A stretch of DNA of 64,000 nt. It comes from Macrostomum lignano (Eukaryota). Numbering within the stretch: the stretch's first letter is position 1; every line of letters begins with the position of its first letter. Below the pieces are notes generated by a model. That model was not told the origin of the DNA and did no database searches. It worked only from the letters and a program-made list of their open reading frames with translations. Made by a program: the position numbers and the translations under genes. The stretch spans positions 186,001-250,000 of the forward strand of contig NIVC01000330.1 of NCBI GenBank assembly GCA_002269645.1, written 5' to 3'. Below are positions 35,895 through 47,400 of the stretch, one piece after another.

Positions 35895-35915
35895 GTGTCT
35901 GTCTGTCTTTCTTAG

Positions 35916-35952
<37 letters not shown>

Positions 35953-36687
35953 GCCTGTCTGTCTGTCTGTCTGACTGTCTGCGCATATCTGCGCATAACA
36001 AAGGATACTCAGAGACTAGAGTACACTATCACAATGCTATCACTGAAAGCCTGTGTTCTCTGCCGTCAGCAGCAAAGCCAGTCAGCCGGTGCAAGCCAGG
36101 AGGATATCCGCTTTGCAACGCGTCAAATCTCAATGTCAAAAAGGAGACGAGACTGGGCCTTCTGAGTAGGGCCAGGCAAATCTGCAAGCGCAGATGATGG
36201 ATTGGGCAGCTGCAGACTCTCTACTACTCAGTTAATCCGTCCAAACAAAAACATTCCAGACGCCGCCTTCTGGACGCTGAACGGCGGATTCGGCTGCGCG
36301 CGGTCTGCTTTCGAGATCGTCGACTCGGCGGCCGAGGGCGGCGACTCGGGCTCGGCAGCAGACAGCAGCGGCGACAGCAGGAGGCAGAACTTCGTAGTCC
36401 TTGTGCTAGCATTCTGCCCGGAGAGCCGCCTGGCCAGCCTCGATTCCGCCGAAGCTGCCGACGCGGCAGCGACAAACGACGGAGACGGCGACGATCCCGC
36501 GCCGCCCGCGACGACGGCTCCAGCCGCCCAGGAAGAAACCGGCGCTCCGGTTCCACCGGAAGCAAACGGAATCCAACCGGAAGAAAAATCAAAACCAGCT
36601 GAAGATGAGCAGGAGCAGGCGGAAGGCGGGGAACCAGCCGACAAGGAACAGCCGCAGCAAGTCGCCATCGAGGCTGGAGCGGCTTGA
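33765..36687 (+). CDS. Uncharacterised N-acylated (MGCG) protein with divergent CAP/SCP (GAPR-1-like) domain, 399 aa, 3 exons
   Basis: Phase-consistent exons 33765-34452, 35493-35576, 36260-36687. [13 protein letters not shown]...[18 protein letters not shown] resembles the CAP N-terminal helices, and [11 protein letters not shown]...[11 protein letters not shown] resembles the C-terminal CAP strands. Flanked by low-complexity poly-Q/poly-P, (EVGA)n and acidic regions. The gene model is solid; the domain call is by eye. Confidence 0.75.
34580..35265. repeat. 28-bp minisatellite (CAP-like gene intron 1)
   Basis: GAGTGACAGACATTTGGCTGGGGTGTTA, about 24 copies. Confidence 0.95.
35596..35975. repeat. 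(TCTG)n (CAP-like gene intron 2)
   Basis: Direct reading. Confidence 0.95.
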
Positions 36688-36914
36688 GCTCGGGATTTTT
36701 GCTCGTCACTTTGCTTCCACGCGAAGAGCGACGCGTGTTTGCTTACTTTAGCTGACAAAATATTCAGTGTGGAAAATCCACTGTTTTCTTGTACAGAGAA
36801 TTTAATTTAAACGGGTTTGTCAATGTTTTTATAGGAAACGAAAGGGTTCATTAAAAATCCGATTAATATTGATTTGAATCACCATAATATTACCTTGGGA
36901 CTATACATCTTTAT

Positions 36915-37580
36915 GGCTTACGGATATTACCCACCCCCCGGCGTTTCCCCTTGATGACAGATCCCCTCCGGCGTTTCCCCTTGATGACAGATCCCTCCGA
37001 CGTTTCCCCTTGATGACAGATCCCTCCGACGTTTCCCCTTGATGACAGATCCCTCCGACGTTTCCCCTTGATGACAGATGCCTCCGACGTTTCCCCTTGA
37101 TGACAGATCCCTCCGACGTTTCCCCTTGATGACAGATCCCTCCGACGTTTCCCCTTGATGACAGATCCCTCCGACGTTTCCCCTTGATGACAGATGCCTC
37201 CGACGTTTCCCCTTGATGACAGATCCCTCCGACGTTTCCCCTTGATGACAGATCCCTCCGACGTTTCCCCTTGATGACAGATCCCTCCGGCGTTTCCCCT
37301 TGATGACAGATCCCTCCGACGTTTCCCCTTGATGACAGATCCCTCCGGCGTTTCCCCTTGATGACAGATCCCTCCGGCGTTTCCCCTTGATGACAGATCC
37401 CTCCGGCGTTTCCCCTTGATGACAGTCCCTCCGACGTTTCCCCTTGATGACAGATCCCCTCCGGCACTTCCTCTCCGGCACAGTGGGTGATTAGATGGGG
37501 ACGGAACCAAGAGTGATCCCTAATCCCTAGTCAATGTCTTCCCCTCTGTTCATGCCACGGAGGGGAAATATCCGGTAGCC
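36915..37580. mobile_element. MULE/Mutator-like non-autonomous element containing a 29-bp tandem array
   Basis: Imperfect TIRs GGCTTACGGATATTACCC / GGCTACCGGATATTTCCC; 9-bp flanks CATCTTTAT and GATGTTTAT (7/9 identical); internal array CGTTTCCCCTTGATGACAGATCCCTCCGA, about 18 copies (36940-37460). Confidence 0.55.
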
Positions 37581-38480
37581 GATGTTTATGAGTAATTATC
37601 ATTTTATAATATAATACGATAATTATAATATTCGCCGGAGGGCTGCGAACACTCTGGCGCAACTTCTTATTGAAAAGCTTTCTTTTAATGTGTAATATTA
37701 ATTAAATGCAATACTATAAAACGCCTGGAAACTAATGTATTGCATAAGCACTTATTAATTCGTGACAGATTGGTTCCTAATGCAGTTGAGTCAGTCAGTA
37801 AGCTGCCATCCCGAAACCAAGTGTCTACGGTCTCAAGCTTCTCAGGTGTAGTTGTTATTATGCGGCCAATGGACAATGTGAATGTCATATTTTTGCAGAT
37901 ATATTTTAACAATAGGAACAATAAACAAACTGATAACCAAGCAGAGATTCCCTTATTGAAAATATTTTACAGCCAAACATGGAGTCAGCAGCGGGTACTG
38001 AAGTGTCGAAAACAGATATTTAAATGTTCAAATAAGTGAGAGAAATGTTTTCACTCAATTAAAACAAATAAATAAGCTCAAATTAACACGAGAAAAACAA
38101 CAATAAAAGTACAAAAAATCTAATTATATTACTCAGAGTACTAGGCAGAAGTAGTATTGGTAGTGCAGTAATAATGAAATGTTTTATTAATAATTCAACT
38201 CGAAATAATTTGTTTTGCGTCTTCAGTGAATTGCAAAATCTAAAATCTACTACACAGACTACTACTGATAGTATTGAAGTAGGACAACAGATTCTGATAT
38301 TTCGAAAAGGAGAAAAATCAGCCGTCTCAGTTACCGGAGGAACAGCGGAATACTAAAACAAAACGTGCGCAGTTCGCGACTGTGGAAATCTGTAGATTGC
38401 AGCGATGAACTACTATTAGTAGTAGCAATTTGTTCCACAATGATTACCAGACCAAAACTGTCCATGATCTACTCGTACAA

Positions 38481-41400
38481 TCAGGCAAATGCCTGCTGCA
38501 GTTGGCCTTTCTGTAGCGGCCTTTTAAATGTCCAATTGTCCTCGTCATCTTTGACAAAATATTTCACAGGAAATTGGATGCCCCGTTCGCGTCTGAGCCT
38601 CTCGCAATGGCGCTGCCGCTCCTCCAGCTGGTTGGTTGGTGGAGAGAACGGAGATTCCAGGGGTCAGCAATGCTGCTAGTTAATTACGGAGCTATCGATA
38701 GAAATGTCAGAGCGATTACTAAAATCCCCTTTCAAAGGGGCTGAACGAGAGCAGAATGCTGGAGATTGGTGTGGTGGAGGATCGCGGGGTGGAGGATCGG
38801 AGGGGGTGGAGGATCGCGGGGTGGAGGATCGGAGGGGGTGGAGGATCGCGGGGTGGAGGATCGGAGGGGTGGAGGATCGCGGGGTGGAGGATCGGAGGGG
38901 GTGGAGGATCGGACGAGATGATGGAGGATAGGAAGGGCGGAGGATCGGAGGGGCGGAGGATCGGGGGGCGGAGGATCGGAGGGGCAGAGGATCGGAGGGG
39001 CGGAGGATCGGGGTGGAGGATCGGAGGGGGTGGAGGATCGGGGGGGTGGAGGATCGGAGGGGGCGGAGAATCGGAGGGGCAGAGGATCGGAGGGGGCGGA
39101 GAATCAGAGGGGCGGAGGATCGGAGGGGCAGAGGATCGGAGGGGCGGAGGATCGGGGTGGAGGATCGGAGGGGGTGGAGGATCGGGGGGGGTGGAGGATC
39201 GGAGGGGGCGGAGAATCGGAGGGGCAGAGGATCGGAGGGGGCGGAGAATCAGAGGGGCGGAGGATCGGAGGGGCAGAGGATCGGAGGGGTGGAGGATCTG
39301 GGTGGAGGATCGGAGGGGCGGAGGATCGGAGGGGCAGAGGATCGGAGGGGTGGAGGATCGGAGGGGCAGAGGATCGGGGGGCGGAGGATCGGAGGGGGTG
39401 GAGGATCGGAGGGGGTGGAGGATCGGAGGGGGTGGAGGATCGGAGGGGCAGAGGATCGGGGGGCGGAGGATCGGAGGGGGTGGAGGATCGGAGGGGGCAA
39501 AGGATCGGAGGGGTGGAGGAACGGAGGGGTGGAGGAACGGAGGGGCAGAGGATCGGGGGGCGGAGGATCGGGGTGGAGGATCGGAGGGGGTGGAGGATCG
39601 GGGGGGTGGAGGATCGGAGGGGGCGGAGGATCGGAGGGGCAGAGGACCTGAGGGTGGAGGATCGGAGGGGGCGGAGAATCGGAGGGGGCGGAGGATCGGA
39701 GGGGCAGAGGACCTGAGGGTGGAGGATCGGAGGGGCGGAGGATCGGAGGGGCAGAGGATCGGAGGGGTGGAGGATCGGAGGGGCAGAGGATCGGGGGGCG
39801 GAGGATCGGAGGGGGTGGAGGATCGGAGGGGGTGGAGGATCGGAGAGGGTGGAGGATCGGAGGGGCAGAGGATCGGGGGGCGGAGGATCGGAGGGGGTGG
39901 AGGATCGGAGGGGGCAAAGGATCGGAGGGGTGGAGGAACGGAGGGGTGGAGGAACGGAGGGGCAGAGGATCGGGGGGCGGAGGATCGGGGTGGAGGATCG
40001 GAGGGGGTGGAGGATCGGGGGGGGTGGAGGATCGGAGGGGGCGGAGGATCGGAGGGGCAGAGGACCTGAGGGTGGAGGATCGGAGGGGGCGGAGAATCGG
40101 AGGGGTGGAGAATCGGAGGGGCGGAGGATCGGAGGGGCGGAGGATCGGAGGGGCAGAGGACCTGAGGGTGGAGAATCGGAGGGGCGGAGGATCGGAGGGG
40201 GCGGAGGATCGGAGGGGGCGGAGGATCGGAGGGGCAGAGGACCTGAGGGTGGAGGATCGGAGGGGGCGGATGATTAGAGAAACAAACATAGCATTAGCCA
40301 ATAGACCAAGACAAAGCGGGCTCACCTTTCGCTTCTCCTCCGTGGCCCTTTGAATATCGTTGGCGCGTAGAGCCTCGGTGACGGCAGCCCAAAGCCTTCG
40401 GGACTCGTAGGCCCGCTGCTGGCTAAGGGGACGAACTCGCTTCTTCGCCGCGGTCAGCAGGCTGACGTCGATGAGCCGCCTTTGACTGGGCCAGTCGGGA
40501 TAGTCGAATTCCAGCTGGCCGCTCCACTCGCCCGAGACGCGGCAGACAACCGAACTGGCCGGGTTTCGAACCTCGGCGCTGACCCGATGCAGCCGGCCGC
40601 CGTAGAACGGTTTGGTATGAAAGATAACGGACGCGTTGTACTTTGTCTTGTCGCACGAGATGGTCACCTTGTCGCCGAGTTCAACCCATGGCACGGTGAG
40701 GATTGACCGGGCGTAGGCGCTAGGCAGGGTGATGTTATAAACCTCGTCGTGCTGCATCAAGTGAAGCTGGAGCCGGCCAATCATGTTCACGCCGATGCTC
40801 ATGCCCATGAATTTGCTTTTAGTGTAAATGCTGGCATTTAGCCAGACTTGCTTCTGCGGGCACTCCATGTAGAATGCGGTGATTGGCGGATGGTGGGACA
40901 CCTGCTCGGCCGTGTAAGTCAGCAAGCAGTCCGAGTTTTCTCCGCTGTCCGATGGGATTTGCCAGGAACAGTGGAATGTTTCCCCAATCAGGGGGTTGTA
41001 TGGCTTTTTGGCTGCGGCGCCCTGGAGGTTTTAGAGGGGAGAATTGGCTAAGATTTACCTTGGGGATTTGAGATGGAAAAATGGAATTTGAAGGGGAAGC
41101 GATGGGATTCGAAATGGAAGCAATAGGATTCGAAAGGAAAGCAATGGGATTCGAAATGGAAGCAATAGAATTCGAAGGGAAAGCAATGGGATTCGAAGGG
41201 AAAGCAATGGGATTCGAAGGGAAAGCAATGGGATTCGAAGGGAAAGCAATTGGATTTGAAGGGAAAGCAATGGGATTCGAAGGGAAAGCAATGGGATTCG
41301 AAGGGGAAGCAATGGGATTCGAAGGGGAAGCAATGGGATTCGAAGGGAAAGCAATTGGATTCGAAGGGGAAGCAATGGGATTCGAAAGGGGAAGAAATGG

Positions 41401-44400
41401 GATTCGAAGGAGAAGAAATGGGATTCGAAGGGGAAGCAATGGGATTCGAAGGGGAAGCGATAGGATTCGAAGGGGAAGCAATGGGATTCGAAGGGGAAGC
41501 AATGGGATTCGAAGGGGAAGCGATAGGATTCGAAGGGGAAGCAATGGGATTCGAAGGGGAAGCAATGGGATTCGAAGGGGAAGCGATAGGATTCGAAGGG
41601 GAAGCAATGGGATTCGAAGGAGAAGCAATGGGATTCGAAGGGGAAACGATAGGATTCGAAGGGGAAGCAATGGGATTCGAAGGGGAAGCAATGGGATTCG
41701 AAGGGGAAGCGATAGGATTCGAAGGGGAAGCAATGGGATTCGAAGGGGAAGAAATGGGATTCGAAATGGAAGCATTGGGATTCGAAATGGAAGCAATGGG
41801 ATTCGAAGGAGAAGCAATGGGATTCGAAAGGAAAGCAATGGGATTCGAAGAAAAGCAATGGGATTCGAAGGGAAAGCAATTGGGTTCGAAGGGGAAGCAA
41901 TGGGATTCGAAGGGGAAGCGATAGGATTCGAAGGGGAAGCAATGGGATTCGAAGGGGAAGCAATGGGATTCGAAGGGGAAGCGATAGGATTCGAAGGGGA
42001 AGCAATGGGATTCGAAATGGAAGCATTGGGATTCGAAAGGGGAAGAAATGGGATTCGAAGGAGAAGCAATGGGATTCGAAGGGAAAGCAATTGGGTTCGA
42101 AGGGGAAGCAATGGGATTCGAAGGGGAAGCGATGGGATTCGAAGGGGAAGCAATGGGATTCGAAGGGGAAGCAATGGGATTCGAAGGGGAAGCAATGGGA
42201 TTCGAAGGGGAAGCAATGGGATTCGAAGGGGAAGCGATAGGATTCGAAGGGGAAGCAATGGGATTCGAAGGGGAAGCGATAGGATTCGAAGGGGAAGCAA
42301 TGGGATTCGAAGGGGAAGCAATGGGATTCGAAGGGGAAGCAATGGGATTCGAAGGGGAAGAAATGGGATTCGAAATGGAAGCATTGGGATTCGAAATGGA
42401 AGCAATGGGATTCGAAGGAGAAGCAATGGGATTCGAAAGGAAAGCAATTGGATTCGAAGGGAAAGCAATTGGGTTCGAAGGGGAAGCAATGGGATTCGAA
42501 GGGGAAGCGATAGGATTCGAAGGGGAAGCAATGGGATTCGAAGGGGAAGCAATGGGATTCGAAATGGAAGCAATGGGATTCGAATGGGAAGAAATGGGAT
42601 TCGAAAGGGGAAGAAATGGGATTCGAATGGGGAAGAAATGGGATTCGAAGGGGAAGCGATAGGATTCGAAGGGGAAGCAATGGGATTCGAATGGGAAGCA
42701 ATGGGATTCGAAGGGGAAGCGATAGGATTCGAAGGGGAAGCAATGGGATTCGAAATGGAAGCAATGGGATTCGAATGGGAAGAAATGGGATTCGAAAGGG
42801 GAAGAAATGGGATTCGAAGGAGAAGCAATGGGATTCGAAAGGAAAGCAATGGGATTCGAAGGGGAAGCAATGGGATTCGAAATGGAAGCAATGGGATTCG
42901 AATGGGAAGAAATGGGATTCGAAGAAAAGCAATGGGATTCGAAGGGGAAGCAATGGGATTCGAAGGGGAAGCAATTGGGTTCGAAGGGGAAGCAATGGGA
43001 TTCGAAGAAAAGCAATGGGATTCGAAGGGGAAGCAATGGGATTCGAAGGGGAAGCAATGGGATTCGAAGGGAAAGCAATGGGATTCGAAGGGGAAGCAAT
43101 GGGATTCGAAGGGGAAGCGATAGGATTCGAAGGGGAAGCAATGGGATTCGAAGGGGAAGCAATGGGATTCGAAGGGAAAGCAATGGGATTCGAAGAAAAG
43201 CAATGGGATTCGAAGGGGAAGCAATGGGATTCGAAGGGGAAGCAATGGGATTCGAAGGGAAAGCGATGGGATTCGAAGGGGAAGAAATTGGGTTCGAAGG
43301 GGAAGCAATGAGGTTTGAAAACCGCAGCCTCACCCGGCGGCCGCCATGGAAGCCAGTCAGGTACCACTCAAGCACGCCGGTAATGCGCGACTCAGCGTCG
43401 GGCTGTTCAGCGGCGCGCAGCAGGCAGTCCGGGTGCAGCATGAAATCGGCGAACATTTCCAACAGTGAGCGGCGTTCAAGGATGAAAGTTGGCAGTACAA
43501 CCCGGGTGAGATCCATGCCCAGCTTGAGCTGCTGCAGCAGGTGCAGGACGACCGATTTGTGCTCCTCCTGGGATGCGTCGCCAGACTGGTCGGAGGCGTC
43601 GGAAGCATCAGGCTCCGGTTGGTCTGGCTCGTCAAGCTGATGAGGCACCGGAAAGGCCGGATTTTCCAGCATCTCGACTAGAGGAACGATGGCAGCGAAT
43701 GAGAGCGAATCGCTGCGGAATGGTTGGTTTGGATTGAGACCCAGTTGTGTACATGCTACATGCCTGGCGATTAGAAAGTCATTAATACCATACCCAACGC
43801 AGACTGGGACAGCGGCCGAGTGCAGCCCCGCGGACAGAGCAGCCGGAGTCGCGGTGCCAGACAGGCCGGCAGTGGAAGCGGGTGCAATTCGGGCAGGCGC
43901 TAACGATACGGAGGAGGCGCTTGCAGCGGCTTGTGACTGCGGTAGAGATGAGAGGGTCAGTCAGTAATGTAAAGTAAACCAAGATTAATAATAGTATGCA
44001 GTATTCAATTATAAAAACTGAAGGCTGATCAAAACTAGGTAATTGTGGAAATTAAAAAAAAATTCTTTTCAAGAAAGCCAATTGTTTACAAGTCAACTAA
44101 GACATGAACAGGTGTTTTAGTATCTTAGGAAAACCACAAACAGTATGTGGAAGAGTGTAAAACTGAATGTACGAAAGTGAGGGAGAGGGTAGAATGAGGG
44201 AGAGGGTAGAGTGAGGGAGAGGGTAGAGTGGGGAGAGGGTAGAGTCAGGGAGAGGGTAGAGTGAGGGAGAGGGTAGAATGAGGGAGAGGGTAGAGTCAGG
44301 GAGAGGGTAGAGTGAGGGAGAGGGTAGAGTGGGGAGAGGGTAGAGTCAGGGAGAGGGTAGAGTGAGGGAGAGGGTAGAATGAGGGAGAGGGTAGAGTCAG

Positions 44401-47400
44401 GGAGAGGGTAGAGTCAGGGAGAGGGTAGAGTGGGGAGAGGGTAGAGTCAGGGAGAGGGTAGAGTGAGGGAGAGGGTAGAATGAGGGAGAGGGTAGAGTCA
44501 GGGAGAGGGTAGAGTCAGGGAGAGGGTAGAGTCACGGAGAGGGTAGAGTCAGGGAGAGGGTAGAGTCAGGGAGAGGGTAGAGTGGGGAGAGGGTAGAGTC
44601 AGGGAGAGGGTAGAGTGAGGGAGAGGGTAGAGTGGGGAGAGGGTAGAGTCAGGGAGAGGGTAGAGTGAGGGAGAGGGTAGAATGAGGGAGAGGGTAGAGT
44701 CAGGGAGAGGGTAGAGTCAGGGAGAGGGTAGAGTCACGGAGAGGGTAGAGTCAGGGAGAGGGTAGAGTCAGGGAGAGGGTAGAGTGGGGAGAGGGTAGAG
44801 TGAGGGAGAGGGTAGAGTCAGGGAGAGGGTAGAGTGGGGAGAGGGTAGAGTCAGGGAGAGGGTAGAGTCAGGGAGAGGGTAGAGTCAGGGAGAGGGTAGA
44901 GTCAGGGAGAGGGTAGAGTCACGGAGAGGGTAGAGTCAGGGAGAGGGTAGAGTCAGTGAGAGGGTAGAGTGAGGATAGGGTAGAGTCAGGGAGAGGGTAG
45001 AGTGAGGAGAGGGTACAGTCAGGGAGAGGGTAGAGTGAGGAGAGGGTAGAGTCAGGGAGAGGGTAGAGTGAGGAGAGGGTAGAGTCAGGGAGAGGGTAGA
45101 GTCAGGGAGAGGGTAGAGTCAGGGAGAGGGTAGAGTGAGGGAGAGGGTAGAGTCAGGGAGAGGGTAGAGTCAGGGAGAGGGTAGAGTCAGGGAGAGGGTA
45201 GAGTCAGGGAGAGGGTAGAGTCAGGGAGAAGGTAGAGTCAGGGAGAGGGTAGAGTCAGGGAGAGGGTAGAGTGAGGAGAGGGTAGAGTCAGGGAGAGGGT
45301 AGAGTCAGGGAGAGGGTAGAGTCAGGGAGAGGGTAGAGTCAGGGAGAGGGTAGAGTCAGGGAGAGGGTAGAGTCAGGGAGAGGGTAGAGTCAGGGAGAGG
45401 GTGAGTCAGGGAGAGGGTAGAGTCAGGGAGAGGGTAAAGTGAGGGAGGGTAGAGTGAGGGGTTTAGATAGGCGAGAGTATGGAAAATAGAACGGATGGAA
45501 CGGAGTGCATAGAGCTGGCGAGCACAACCAACAATTCTCTCACCCTGACATAGGGCAGCAGGTCCAAGCAGGCCTCCAACGATCGCAGCGCACCAGCCGC
45601 GGTGCCCCTAGCGGTCAGCAGATCCCTATCCAGGCAGCTGGGCAAGCCGACGGCCGTCGAAGCAGTAGGAGTTGCAGTCGACTCCATGCCGCCGTCGCCG
45701 CCGCCACAGCTTTCCGTCACCTCCTGGTCGGAGACGGCGGACGCGGCGGCGTCTTCGCCAACCTCCAGACTGCCGTCAGCGTCGATGGCTTCTTCGTTGG
45801 CAACATTATAAGCCTCCTCGCCCTCGCCTTCGCCGTCAGCATCGACTAGTACTTCAGCGGAGTCGTCGGGTTGATCGCCAGCGTCAGCTTGGCTGGCGCA
45901 GCCGCTGTACAAGCTGCCTTCATTGCTGAACGCGCCGACGCTGCCGCCGCTCTGTTCAACAGCGGCAGTACAAGGCGGCGGCGGCAGATTGGTCACCAGA
46001 TCATCCAGGATGGTGATGGCGTCGCGCAGAGATGCCAGCAGGCCGTCCGGACTCGGATAGGCGACTCGGCCGCCTCTGGAGCCGTTGTCGTCTGACAGAC
46101 TGGTTGGCTGGTCGCGCTGGCGCGGCCGCTTCGGCGGAGGCAGAGCCTGGTGATGCGGCAACGGCGCATCCGATGACGCCACCGCTGCAGATGAAGTCGA
46201 CGCCGCGGCTGCAGCGGCGACCGATGGAATGAAGCCGGCGCCGGCGGAGGAGGAGGCCGAACCGGCCGAGGAGGAGCGGCCGGTGCAACTGTAGATCTCC
46301 GGCAGCGAGACCGGGTTGTACTGCGGACGGGTGGGATGAGACTTCCAATGCGAGGGTGAGATCCTTCAGACCCATTCTAGATAGGGTGATATTCCTTCAG
46401 ACTCATTCTAGATAGGGTGATATTCCTTCAGACTCATTCTAGATAGGGTGATATTCTTCAGACTCATTGTAGATAGGGTGATATTCTTCAGACCCATTCT
46501 AGATAGGGTGATATTCCTTCAGACTCATTCTAGATAGGGTGATATTCTTCAGACTCATTCTAGATAGGGTGATATTCTTCAGACTCATTCTAGATAGGGT
46601 GAGATCCTTCAGACTCATTCTAGATAGGCTCAGATTCCTGAGACCCATTCTAGATAGGGTGATATTCCTTCAGACTCATTCTAGATAGGGTGATATTCTT
46701 CAGACTCATTCTAGATAGGGTGAGATCCTTCAGACTCATTCTAGATAGGCTCAGATTCCTGAGACCCATTCTAGATAGGGTGATATTCCTTCAGACTCAT
46801 TCTAGATAGGGTGATATTCTTCAGACTCATTCTAGATAGGGTGAGATCCTTCAGACTCATTCTAGATAGGCTCAGATTCCTGAGACCCATTCTAGATAGG
46901 GTGATATTCCTTCAGACTCATTCTAGATAGGGTGATATTCCTTCAGACTCATTCTAGATAGGGTGATATTCTTCAGACTCATTCTAGATAGGGTGATATT
47001 CTTCAGACTCATTGTAGATAGGGTGATATTCTTCAGACTCATTCTAGATAGGGTGATATTCCTTCAGACTCATTCTAGATAGGGTGATATTCTTCAGACT
47101 CATTCTAGATAGGGTGATATTCTTCAGACTCATTCTAGATAGGGTGATATTCTTCAGACTCATTGTAGATAGGGTGATATTCTTCAGACTCATTCTAGAT
47201 AGGGTGATATTCTTCAGACTCATTCTAGATAGGGTGATATTCTTCAGACTCATTCTAGATAGGGTGATATTCTTCAGACTCATTCTAGATAGGGTGAGAT
47301 CCTTCAGACTCATTCTAGATAGGCTCAGATTCCTGAGACCCATTCTAGATAGGGTGAGATTCTTGAGACCCATTCTAGATAGGCTGAGATTTCTGAGACC

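Noticed and set aside
40819-43672. Very long ORFs (829, 874, 770, 680 aa) on both strands
   Set aside because: They are translations of the 21-bp array in ORP intron 7. The 874-aa ORF is the exon 7 frame reading into the intron and stopping at 41048 before the acceptor; the intron length (2312) is not a multiple of 3.
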